From positions 94,907 to 158,906 of the forward strand of contig JAAOMT010000521.1 of assembly GCA_016748015.1 (NCBI GenBank): a stretch of DNA of 64,000 nt, read 5' to 3'. The position numbers and the translations under genes are program-made. How positions within the stretch are numbered: position 1 is the first letter of the stretch; every line of letters starts with the position of its first letter. The DNA is from Geosiphon pyriformis uo1 (taxonomy: Eukaryota > Fungi > Glomeromycota). The notes under the pieces were generated by a model. It was not told the DNA's origin and did no database searches. It worked only from the letters and a program-made list of their open reading frames with translations. Positions 49,975 through 62,116 of this stretch are shown one piece after another.

Positions 49975-52900
49975 GTTTTTTTGTTTTTTTTTATTTATTT
50001 ATTTAATAAGTAAGATCCAAACACTACCTAGTACAATATATCAAAGAAATAATCTAACCTAGATGTGAATCATGCACTTTTTACATATAACCAGTTATTC
50101 GGACTGATCAGAACAATACTATGTAGCTATATAAACCAAGACCAAATTATCTATACCTGAAAAGAATAAATAAGATTTGCAAAGCCCAAAACAAACACCA
50201 AAAGCTTTAGTGATGCCAAGCAATTTGACTACACCAGCAAAAAATCCCAAGAAATTGACACAAAATCCAAACCATTCAATGGAATCAAACTGGCTTTTTT
50301 TATATAGACATAATATTTAGCACAAACCATCTAAACATTATCCCTAAAGGTAAAACCAAGAAAGCACACAAATTTGACAACTTCTGAACTGGCAACCTTA
50401 AAATCATGAAAGACAAAAACAGCCTTGCAAAACCAACCATCAAAAACAAAGTCCTTATAAAGAGCCATAGACACAGAAGGATTAGAAAAACAAGATGGTA
50501 ATAGCTGTAGCACACTTGACAAGAAATAAGAGAAACCAGAAAAAGCCTTCCATAAAGCTATGTAAAAGTCTAATATTCAATGTCTTGCAAAATCATTGAC
50601 CTCACAAAAAAACACATGATCTGATACCTTCACGTTACCACAATACAAACACAACACACTAGGATAATATTTGTCATAAAGACACTTTCAAATGGCAATA
50701 GACAGCCAATAATACAAGGCTTTCATAAAATAAGTGCATACACCAGCCAAGAGTCTGCTGATAAAACCAGCAGCTATGTGTAAATTAGGATGCTATACCA
50801 GCAATAAGCAGAGCCAATTGATCTCAGAAAGCAAATTATCTGTCAAAAACTTGAAACCAGAACTTACCTCCCAGTGTGCATAACAAATAAAACGATACAC
50901 ATTACATAAAAAATGTCTAAAATTACTAGAAACAACACTACCATCAGCCACTATAAAGCATTTATCCAAGCAAGGAGAAAAATGCCAATTAAAGAAAGAG
51001 GCAGTACTAGCTATTATGTCAGTATGCTCATTTCTCAAAATGCCAGAATGACTCTTTATCTTGTGCCAACTAACTCTCAAATTCTTACTATGAATGATAT
51101 TAACAATATGTCAATACTCAACCCAATACTGATTGTGAAAGTCAGGATACACCAGACCCAATTCTGACTTACAAGTATTCAAAGCAGATTGACTATTCAA
51201 AAACAAGTGAACAGAGCTAGATAAAGAAACACACTCCAGGGCCAATACAATAACCTGTAATTCTGTCATAGTTGATAACATTAAATCCAACACACCAACT
51301 CCCAAACCCAAGTTAATGTCCTCGAAAAAAGTGGCAGCACCAGCTTTATAGCCAACTGTTCTCAAATCTTTCAGAGACTTATCCGTATATACAAATAAAC
51401 TACCAGAACCAACCTGAGATAAATGGTCACAAACAGATGCAAAATTGTCAAAGTTAAAAATGTTCAAAAGACCAATTCTATTCGAAACCAAAGAATAAGT
51501 AGAAGAGAAAGCCATACCATTAAAAAATGTTGCAAAAATTATGAACCACTTAGAAACAAGACCATGGGGGTCTAGTCTCTTCTACCACTTGAAAGTATAC
51601 TAATCAAAAACAGCACCATAATTATTACAAAGTTGATTCACAAAAGCTACACTATATCAACAAAGAGAAAGAAAAAACTTGAAAAATTTTGACTCATTCA
51701 GAACAGTAGACATGAAAATCCCATTGCAAAACTGAAAAAAACAGACCAAAGAGCCATTCAGGAACAAATTGCAATTAAGCAGAATATAAACCATGCCTAC
51801 CAGAAAGTTATTAGAAGCACTAACACAAATACAGACAGAAGAACTCAAAAAATAGACAGGGCACCAGCACAGTACTTGTAAGTTATAAGACCTGTGAGAA
51901 AACAAGTGACCCAAAACTCTATCAGAGTTCATAAAACTAACAAAAGAAGCAATCTTACTCTTAGACTGAACTTGTAAGAAAAATTTTAAATCATAAAAAG
52001 AAGGGTGGTAAATTGTATCACTAGAAAAATTAAGTGGTAGACCAGATTTAAGTTTTAAGCACTTGTGAATTAGAGCATCCTATTTGTTGCACACACCAAT
52101 AGAAACAAAACTAAACTGCATTCTATAGCTAACTATAAGATAGAGAACTGCTGACACTAAATACAAGAGCTGCTTATCTGAGATAGCTTTTTACAGAACC
52201 AGATTGGTAAAAAAACAAATGTTTGAATTTGCCTTAACCAAACTAGGCTTTAAAAGACTCTTAGTTGAAAAAAAAATACCCAAATACTGATGAGATTTGT
52301 CTTTTTTGGCAATAGAGATTGGCATGCTACTGATAGAAAAAGAAAGATTATTGACCTTGCTATTGATGGGAATGGCCACTGTTTTGTTATTATTGATTGA
52401 AATGTCATTAATTTAAAAAATTCACCAGCAACATTAAGAATATGTTGAGTAGCACTCTAACTACTACCAAACCAAATTGTATTATTAACAAAAGTGCTAG
52501 CAGCAAAAAAAGAAGAAAGTCCAGCCTGAAATTTAGCACAACCACTTTTGGAGATAAAATAAAAATTCAAAATATACCTATACACACTCTCCTGACACTT
52601 TTCTTTACACAATAGAGGATTATAAAATATGTGCCACAAAAGAAGGGAAAATACTTCTTTTTGGTTCAGACTATTAAACACACAATAACAACCCATCAAA
52701 CCAAAATTGGTTATGACTCAGTTGGTACAATTCCTATGAATACTACCAAAAAATTGAATGAATTTGCTGCACATTTTAATTCAGACCAAACTTTTTTTAA
52801 GATACTTCTAGCCAACTGAATCATATACTTTCTGTATGTTTTGCAAAATTAGCCAAAGCTCCTAGTTCTTTTCCAAAGCATTTTTAATAACTGAACCAAT

Positions 52901-55900
52901 TGCAAAAATGAGAGACTGAGTTGACATACTTTTCAAAACTGAGAAATTGTCCTCACAAAAAACATTAAAAGTGCTGTACACCAAAGAAATTCTGTTAGAG
53001 AGAATTTTGGAAAGAACTTTATGAACTGTTTCAATTAAAACAATAGAATGGATATTCATTAGAATATTCTCCCACTCATATGGTTTGGAAATTATCAAAA
53101 TTCAAGCCTCCTTCCAAGAGCTGGGCACTGATTTATCAGACAAATAAGAATTTAAAAGCACCAAAACCATATCCAAAACCATCTTATCACAATGCTTCTA
53201 AAGCTTATTTGATATGCCCAAAAGACCAGCAGCTTTGCCATCAAGTAGATTAGAAATCATTCTAAACAATTCATCAAATTCAATCAAACACATGACACCA
53301 GAAAAAGCTTTATTAAAAACATACTCTAAAGGTTGATATTGACAATGCCAGTTACTAGAAATATCATCTACTATTCTATGCTTCTTAGTTCAACCCTCCA
53401 TAATTCCATCCACTTTAAACTTAACCAAATCAGGTTCTAGAATCAGTTCATTATCAACTACTAGATGATCAAGTAACACTTTGTGAAACGGATGCTTCAG
53501 CACACTTCTGATTGTATGACCCTTATCAATCTTAAAGCTTTTCATTCTCCTATTAATAGCAGATCTGATGTTTGCCTCCTTAGCCCTCAGAAATACAGCA
53601 AGTTTGGCAGCATGATAAAACTTTCTAGCATCAAAGAGAGCAGAATAAATATAATCAAAGCCAGCACCAGAGTTCACTACATTCTAAACAATTAAAGCCT
53701 TAACATTGTCCAAAGAAATCCAGCAACCCATAAGAGAATTAAAATTCACAACATTTTTTTCACATGAAGCCTTAACAATCCTAGAAACCAAAAACTTCAA
53801 CCTGTAAAATTTTGAAAATTCCTTAGTGAAAACATTATTATAGCTCTTAAATCATTTTTTCTTGAACACCTTATTAACCGAGAGAACCATTATCTTGCAA
53901 ATAATATCTCACATCATATCCAAATCTGAAAACCTTGTGGAGATGGTAAATTTACCTGAGAACATTGCTGAATTGACTGATGTGGCATCCTTAAAATTAT
54001 TTCATTTATCCTTATCAGCACCCTTGATATCAAACTTCCATTAATCTCTATTTGCTTGCTTGTAAAGAGAGTTTAACCACATATTCAAAAGTCCACTCAA
54101 ACTCACAGATACAGAAACAGATCAATGATTCATGTCAAAATGCTCATTGACTTTCAAAATATTATGATGTACTATCACATTGATTAAATTTGGAGAAACA
54201 AACACATAATCAATCATTTTCATGACACCTCTAGAATTCACCCAAGTAGGCTTCTTCACAGTTGGACTGCTAACCAAAGAATTAACTAGCCCCAAATCAA
54301 GGCATTTTTTGAAACTTGCACACTTATAAGAACTGTTTTTATTAAAATCACTACTGAGAATGATAAAAGAAGATTCATTGACAGTCTTTGCAATAAGAGA
54401 GTTGAAATCACCAGCTTGAGAAAACCAAACTGCCAAAAAGGCATCAGTATAAAGCCCCAAAATTAACACTAAGAGTTTATTCTTGAAAAGCAACTTAATA
54501 GACAGGAGCTGACCAGACACCTCCAAAACCTTGTATATATGTTTTGCCAAAGAAGAGTTTATGACAACCACAACACCAGCACCTAGATAACCAGATTTTA
54601 AACCAGAAGTAAACACTCACACATTGCCAAATTTGTTGACAATCTAAGGGCAAATCTTCCCTTTTAACTTTGATTCCATAAAAATAGAAACTAAATTGTT
54701 TTTGTCTCTGTGCCAATAAATGATATCATCCTGTTTTGCAGGATTGTTTATTTCTCTAACATTGCAAGTAGCAATTTTTCAAACCAAACCACTCATTGAG
54801 AAGAAGAAGACATTTGAAAACTCAAGTCAGCACACAATTGATCTAACTTTATCAAAACTGAACCGACTGAGACTTCAAGAGCCACCAACTTGGACTCTAA
54901 ACAGCCCATCTTAGTTGTCAAAATTTTTGAACTACTGAGCCCAGAGCCAGAACAACAGAAAAAGATATAGACACTACTACAGAACCATCTAAAATCATAT
55001 CCGAGTTCAAATCCAAATTGGTGTTTATTAGGAAAACTAAATGATCAGAAGAAAGAGAAGAAGCCAAAGGCATCAATTCTATGCCACTGATTTTGTGCAC
55101 AATGCCAGAAATCTTATCATTTAAGAGCTCTAAGGAACATTCCAATAAGGCCAAATGAGCACTCAAAAACAAATTATTGGTCAAAACAAGAGGAGAACCA
55201 CCACTCAAATCCAAAGCACCAGAAGGAGAAAAACCATAACCAGAACCAGAACCTAACTAAAAACCACCAGAAAAAGATGCAGAAGAGACTACCTGAGCCT
55301 ATAACTTGCCACCAAAAGCAGCAGAACAAGAAATAAGAACATTTTTCTTGGCATATAAACTGGCCAACTGAAGATGATTCACATTAGAAGTATTCCTTTT
55401 AAAGCTTTTTTTAAAAAGAGCAGACACCAGAGCATCAGAAACATCACATTCTAAGACTAAGTGTCTGAACTTTCCACATTTTTTACACCAAACCAAGTCT
55501 AATTTGGCCTAAAAAAGTTTTATGCCACCAAAAATTAGCTCAATGCAGAATGCAGATTCAAGCTTATTTTCAGATTTAAAACCAATAATAGTGCAGTAAG
55601 TTCAATTGCCAGTGTTACTGGAGGTTTTTGGTCTCTTTTCTTGAATGTTGTAAATGTCTGTTGGTTGCAAATTCACATTTTCTAAAAGTAATTGAACCTT
55701 TAATAACTAAATTTATCTTCAAATTATCTCCTATAATTTGAACTACTGGGCTTATAAGTGGAATGGCCAATTCCTTGCCAGTTACTTTATGTAGTTACAT
55801 TGTAGTAAATGTCAACTCTTTTTCAAGAATTGCTAGTCTGGAAGCTCACTAAAAATATGTAGTTACTTTGCTGTAAAAGTCAACTCTTCTACAGGAATTT

Positions 55901-57800
55901 TGTTTGTAGGCTACCCTAATGATTGTAATAAGAAAAGAAAAGAAAAATAAAAAAAATGTAAAAAAAATAGAATTCTGTCAAAGGAAACGTTTTCTATCCA
56001 GGCCTGGAGTCACTAACAGGTTACTGAAATTGGTAGCTAATCAATTTCAAAATGTTAGTTGGGTTTTGGGGATTTTCCAAGTACAATAATTAAAGAATTT
56101 GGTTTTTCAAATTATTTGATATTTATTTTTTTTTGTGTGTATAGGAATGGTTTTAAGTGATAAATCTAAAGTAAGATACATTTTCTTGAAGAGAAAAGCT
56201 CTTCTTTTATACAACTTGTTGTAGTACTAGTCTATAAACTTTCACTTTTTTTCTTTGCTCAAATTTTGGCGAATTAAAAATACATTTTGATGAACTACAA
56301 GTTATTTCGCTAAACTATTAATTAATTTGGGTGAACTATTCATTATTTCGGCAAATTTCTATAAATTTTGGCAAATTTCTTATAAATTTTGGCGAATTTC
56401 TGTAAATTTCAGCAAATTTTTGAATGTTACAAAGTTCAGGGTATTGTGTAATTTGATCATTCTACTTTCTGTTATACTAATTAGATTATTTAATTGAATC
56501 GTGATATGTAATAATTGATTAAATAATAAATAATAATTTAAAATGATATTAATATGCTAATTAATTATAGAAATTATAAGGATAATTTCATGCTAATTGA
56601 TAGCTAAAATTCTACTGGTAACACTAGTCTCCAGTAAGCAATTGATTACACAAGTTTTTCTACCAGCTTCTTCTAAAAGAGCACCAAGATTATGTGCAAT
56701 TGTTTTCATTAACAAAGTAAACAAAAGCACCCTAAAGCAATCCCTAAACATTCAAGTATTCTGATTTCTTACAGCCATAGCCACACGCACCAAATTTTTC
56801 TCAATTAGGAATGACCATCTTGATGCCAGTTGCTCTGTCTGTCCCAATTCAGTAAATTCTACTACAGTCTTCTGTCATATTCCAATCAACTGAATCTTAA
56901 TCAACTTGATTTCCCCAAATACAGACACTGCAATGATGATTATTTCCTTTAGTGTGTCCATGGGAATTTTCTTAATTACTACAATCCGATCTGAGCAAAT
57001 TCATTTTTTAAGATTACTGTTTATGGTGATTTCATTCTCCCTAACCAATGATACAGTCTTTTTTATGCTTTCTTCTAAGATAAACGTAGATTAAATGATT
57101 CCTTCAAATTTTAAGAGAATAGTGGCCCCTCCAAAACTATTGACTAATGAAAAAATTTTTCTAATAAGTTAAGTCTTTGCTATTGCTGATTTTCTTTCTA
57201 CAGCATTAAGATTGATATCAAGAGCAAAAGACTTTTTGATGGACACTTCAACTTGAGTTTTAATAATTTTTGAGTCAACCCACTTTTTATCAAGAGAAAT
57301 TTTAAGGGAAAAAGGGAGGGGCCCATCATTTTCATCCATGTTATAATTGATTAAGCCAAAAGGAGAGCCATAAACCAAATTAGTATCAACTTTTTTAGTT
57401 TTAGGAGTGTTTGCTGCTAAACCAAAAAGAGAATTATTGTTAACACCTAAAAAAATATCATTATTCTTACTATTACTGAATATACTGTCTATATCTGAAT
57501 ATATATTACTACTAGTAACAGGTTTAACCAAAGAAATATCTTTTTCATTTTCAGAATGCTTGATATTACCAACAAAAATCTTCTTTTTTTGGGAAAATGA
57601 ACTCCTAATAGAACCATAAAGAATCTCTTTGAATGTCTTCTTTTTAGACATAACACTATCTGAAACAGCAACCAGGTTCATTACAAAAGGATTATTTGAT
57701 TGAGAAATGTTTGCAAAAGATAGCAAAAAAAATAAAAAACTTCTTTTTCGAAAAAATGCTCTTTGGGAATATTTGGAAAGGAAGAGAGAAAGAAGTTTTT
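49975..57800 (-). mobile_element. Full-length decayed LINE: ORF1 (RRM-like + CCHC knuckle), ORF2 (APE endonuclease, RT, RNase H, C-terminal Zn motif), A-rich tail
   Basis: ORF1 WCKKCGKFRHLVLEC; APE WKIATCNVR..ILSSDFN..PTW..IDYVFVS; RT IISKP..SIVLIETVHKVLSKILSNRI, QKVYDSV, NQKEVFSLLLW, TFVNNT, YLGI; RNase H VYTDKS..TELQVI..NSQSAL..WHKIKSHSGILRNEHTD; CLYC..DHVF; T-rich tail on + at ~49975-50000. Confidence 0.92.
55613..56623 (-). mobile_element. Solo LTR (1011 bp) inserted in LINE ORF1
   Basis: Termini TGTTAC...GTAACA; flanks ccag (55609-55612) and ctag (56624-56627) form a 4-bp TSD with one transition; removing it rejoins ORF1 (TCVINCLLET|GN). Minus-strand TATAAAA (~56210) then AATAAA (~56125). 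Confidence 0.85.
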
Positions 57801-59064
57801 TTTTATATTTGTTTTTTTGGTCTTTAAATATATTTCTGTATTTAATATAATAGAAATTATTTTTAATAATTAAACAATATTAAATACTTATACTATTAAA
57901 CTTATTTCAGATTTTTTGAATCTATATAATTAATATAATAGTTGGGCTTTATTCGTAAATTACATAATAAAAAAAATAATTAATATTAAATAAAAAAAAC
58001 AAATTTTTTATTTTATAAGTAAAAAAAATTTTTAATTATTTAGTTCAAAATTAAAACAATTATATTGTTAATATATTAATTAATTATACCATTTATTTTT
58101 TTTGTGTTTTTTTGTTTTAATTAATAAAAAGTTTTTTTAAGTAAATAGTATTGTTATTTTTAATATTGCTTGCTATTTTATTTATAATATATACTAATTT
58201 ATTTATATTTAATAAAAAATTAGATTAAATACTAATATAATATCAAAAAATATGATTAAAAACATAGATTAAATATATATCTTTATAATTTAATATTTTA
58301 ATTTTTATATATATTTTAATATATATTAGTAAATCTATAACTAATTTGTATATTTATTTAATAAAAACTATTTACAAATAATTATTTATAATTATTTAAA
58401 ACTATTTATATAATATTTTGTATATTATTTTTAATAAGTATTTTGTATTTAAAAATATTAAACTGGTTATATTGTATTTAATAATTTTTGTATAATAGTT
58501 AATTATAATATATATAAAAAATACATAATTGTATAAATTAAAATACAAAATTGTAATAAAAAAAAGTGAATTAATTAGTAATAATAATATTGCTTTTTAT
58601 AATTTTTTTGGTTTAATTATAGATTTTTTTTAGTAAAATAGTTTATATATTAAGAATTAATAAGACTTTTATTATTAATTTTGGTTTATACAAAAAATAT
58701 TTGTTTTTTTAAATCTGAATAAAAGTATTAATTTTAAATAAATATGTAGTATAATATTAGTTAACTTAAATAACTGGTCATATATAATAAGTATATAAAT
58801 TATATTTAATTATAAGCATTTAATTTGTTTATATATGCTAAGCAATAATTAAATTGTATTTATTAAAGTATAATAAAAAAAATAATATATTGAAATTAAA
58901 TTATAAATAATTGTTTAATCTTAAAATATGTGTTAATTTTAATAAAATCATAATTTATTTAGATAATTAGGCTTTTTTAGATTAAAATAATTATTATTAT
59001 TTATAATTTTTATAATTAATATTAAATAAATTAATAATATTATATAAAAAAATGTTTAATTGTT

Positions 59065-61278
59065 TATTAAAACAAAGAGTAAAAAAGCTGCAATTATTAC
59101 TTTTTTTGTTATATTTAATAAAATTTTAACAAAAAAAGTTTTTTCTATAATAGAAACTATTAAATAGAATGTTTTAAAAGCTTTTCTCCTTAATAATAGT
59201 AGTAAAAAACTGCTTTTAGTAATTATTAAAGCATTTTTTTTTATTTTTGACTGGTTTTTTACTAGTTAAAATTCTTTTAAAAAAACATATTTGAATTAAT
59301 TTTAGTATTGTTTTTACCTATTCTAAAAACTCAAAAGTTTTTAATAACAAATTAGTTAACAAGCTGGTTTTTTTTTGTAGTTTTTATGTTTAATATTTCT
59401 AATATCATTTCTTTTAAAAAAATGATCAAAAAAGTCAAGAATTTAAAATAATAAAAACAATTGTTTGCTTCTATTATTATTATACTGAACTTTTTTGTGG
59501 TTTTTAATAAGATCTTAAATAAGATCTCTATTATATTAACTGGTTTATTATTTAAGATAAACCAAGATTAATTATTGGCTATATTGTCAAATATAGTGTT
59601 TTTTGGCAAATTATTATTGATTATAGAAGTAAAACAACTATTTTCTATTAAATTATCTTTTTTTAGGAATTAAACTAATCAAATAGAAATTTAATTATTT
59701 TTTTTGCTGGTTTTAATGCTGTTTTTGGTAGTACTTAAAAAATTATTATTAGTTATTAAAAGTTTGCTAAATAGGTAACTTTTATTTTAGTGTTTGATAT
59801 TATTTTCAATATTAAATTAGTTTATATTAAGATTATATTTCAATCTGTACATAGTTTTTTAGATGTAAAATCTGTTTTTAAGAACATTTTTATATGAAAT
59901 TTGCTTCTTAAAATTCTTTAAATACTGTATTTTTAGTTAAATTTGTAAGTTTTGTTTATTTAACTATTTTTAAAATTGTTAAATCTTTAATAGTTTCTGA
60001 ATTTGGTTCTTTTTTTGCTGTTATTGTATTATATAATATGCTTTTGGGTATATTTGTTGTTAATATTAAGACAGTTTTTAATTTTTTTAGTAAAATTGTT
60101 ATATTATGCTAAAATTTATTGGTATTTGACAATATATAATTGTTTATTTTAAAGAATTAAATACTGTTGTGTTTGTTCTTAATTACTAATTAGTTTTAGT
60201 AAGCAAAAATAGTATTTAGATTTTTTTTTTATAAATCAAAAAGAAACTATTTTGTTTTATAATAGATTTAAGACCAAGTTAATTAATTTTTTTTAGTTGT
60301 ACTGTCTTTAAAATCAATAATATAATTTTTCAAGTTGGTAATTAAATTTTGTTTTATTTTTGGTTTGTCTTAGTTATGTTTGACTTATAAAATATTTTAA
60401 ATACTACTATTATTAAAACTAGTACTTTGAAAAAGTGTTATATTTGATAAAAAATTCCTAAATATTAATGCTGTTTTAGATATCAAGACTTGAATTATTT
60501 GGCTGTTAATTATAAAATGTTTTTATTTCTTCTTTCTAAGATTTTCAAAACTTTTTTTTTATATTGTTGATATTAAGTCTTATGTTAAAGCTGTTGCTTT
60601 TGTGTCTTTTTTAATTTTTGATTCTCTGGTTGGTTTTATTTTTTTTTGCTAATATAATAAGTAGTAAATTTGTGATTTTTTTTCAATTAGTCTTTTTGAA
60701 ATTTGATTTGGTCAAGCTTTTTGTTTTGATTGAGTTTATTATTAAGCCAGTTGGTTCTATAGTTGTTGTATTTAAACAATTTATTAATAAAAATTTGGTT
60801 TCAAGTAATGTATTTGGTCTTAAAATTAATGAAATTTTGGTATATATAAGTCTTTTTAGCAAAACTGTTGATAAGCTAAAGCAAAAAATGGTTGCTTTAA
60901 AAACTAAATATAGTTATAAGAACATTAATATTTCTGGTTCTTATATAAGTTTGTCTGCTGTTAATAATAATATGTTTTTTAATTTAATTTTGTTTTAAAA
61001 ACATAAATTTGTTGTTGTAAAGATTAATGTCTTAAAAACAGCTAAATAGCTGATTAAATTGGTTAGTAATAATGCTATATTGTTTAAAATTGTTCAAAAA
61101 ATGGCTTCTTTGAATAAGTTTTTTTTAGAGTATTAATATAGTATAATCTAAACTGACTCAAATAGCTGGTTATATATAGAAAGTATGTAAACTATATTTA
61201 GTATTGAAACACTTAGTTTGTTTCTAATTTCTAAATAATAGTTAGACTGTACTTATTAAAGCTTAATAATAAAAAAAT
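59065..61278 (+). mobile_element. ORF1-only non-LTR element, copy C (most complete)
   Basis: KTKSKKAA start; knuckle CFRYQDLNYLAVNY (decayed CxxCxxxxHxxxxC) at ~60470; ORF end followed directly by the 3' tail and aataataaaaaaa. Confidence 0.78.
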
Positions 61279-62116
61279 AAGTACTGTTGTAGTAATTTTT
61301 AAATTACCCAATTTTATTTCTTAAATCTAATATAGAAGTATTCTTATATAAAATTACTTATATGAAACTAATTTATATTAGATCCACTATGAAACCTAAA
61401 AACTACAGTACAATTAGAAATATTCTAAAAAAAGAACAAGATAAAAAAATTGCTTCTTATGTTTTTATAATAAATAATACTCAAACATTTAAAGCTTATC
61501 TCAAGAAAAAAAAAATCACTTGTGAAATTTACCAAGAAAAATGAAAAATATTAAATATTAAAAAAAAAGCAAAATAATGGTGTACAATTACAAAATAAAA
61601 GGCAAAATCTCTAAGCAAAAAAAATTTTAACTATGAACTTACTGTTAATTTTAGCTTTATTAATGAAATTTCTAAACACAATATTAATGTTCTGGGCTCT
61701 CTCTTTTTTGCTTAAAACTTACTATATTAATAAGTAATCATGAGTAAAAGAGAATGTTTTAATTGTAAAAATATTTATACAAAGTTGCTAAAAGTTATAA
61801 AGTGTATGCATATATATATATCGTGAACAAGTTTACTTATTGCACCATGGCCGATCGTGTTAGTGAAAATTATAGTTTACATATAGGCTATTTTTAACGT
61901 TGGATCAGCGAAATTTCATCACTTCTGTCCAGGCACTGTGAATTGAGTAAACTTAACCTTAAAATGCTGCATGATTGCTAACGGAATTCGAATGCTCTTT
62001 TTGTAATGCCGAAATTTATTTTTCCGATACATACTCGTGTATTTCCAAGATATCATATGATACTAAATACAATGACCGCTCAACACTTGCATTCGTTAAT
62101 AAAACTAATCAGTTCT

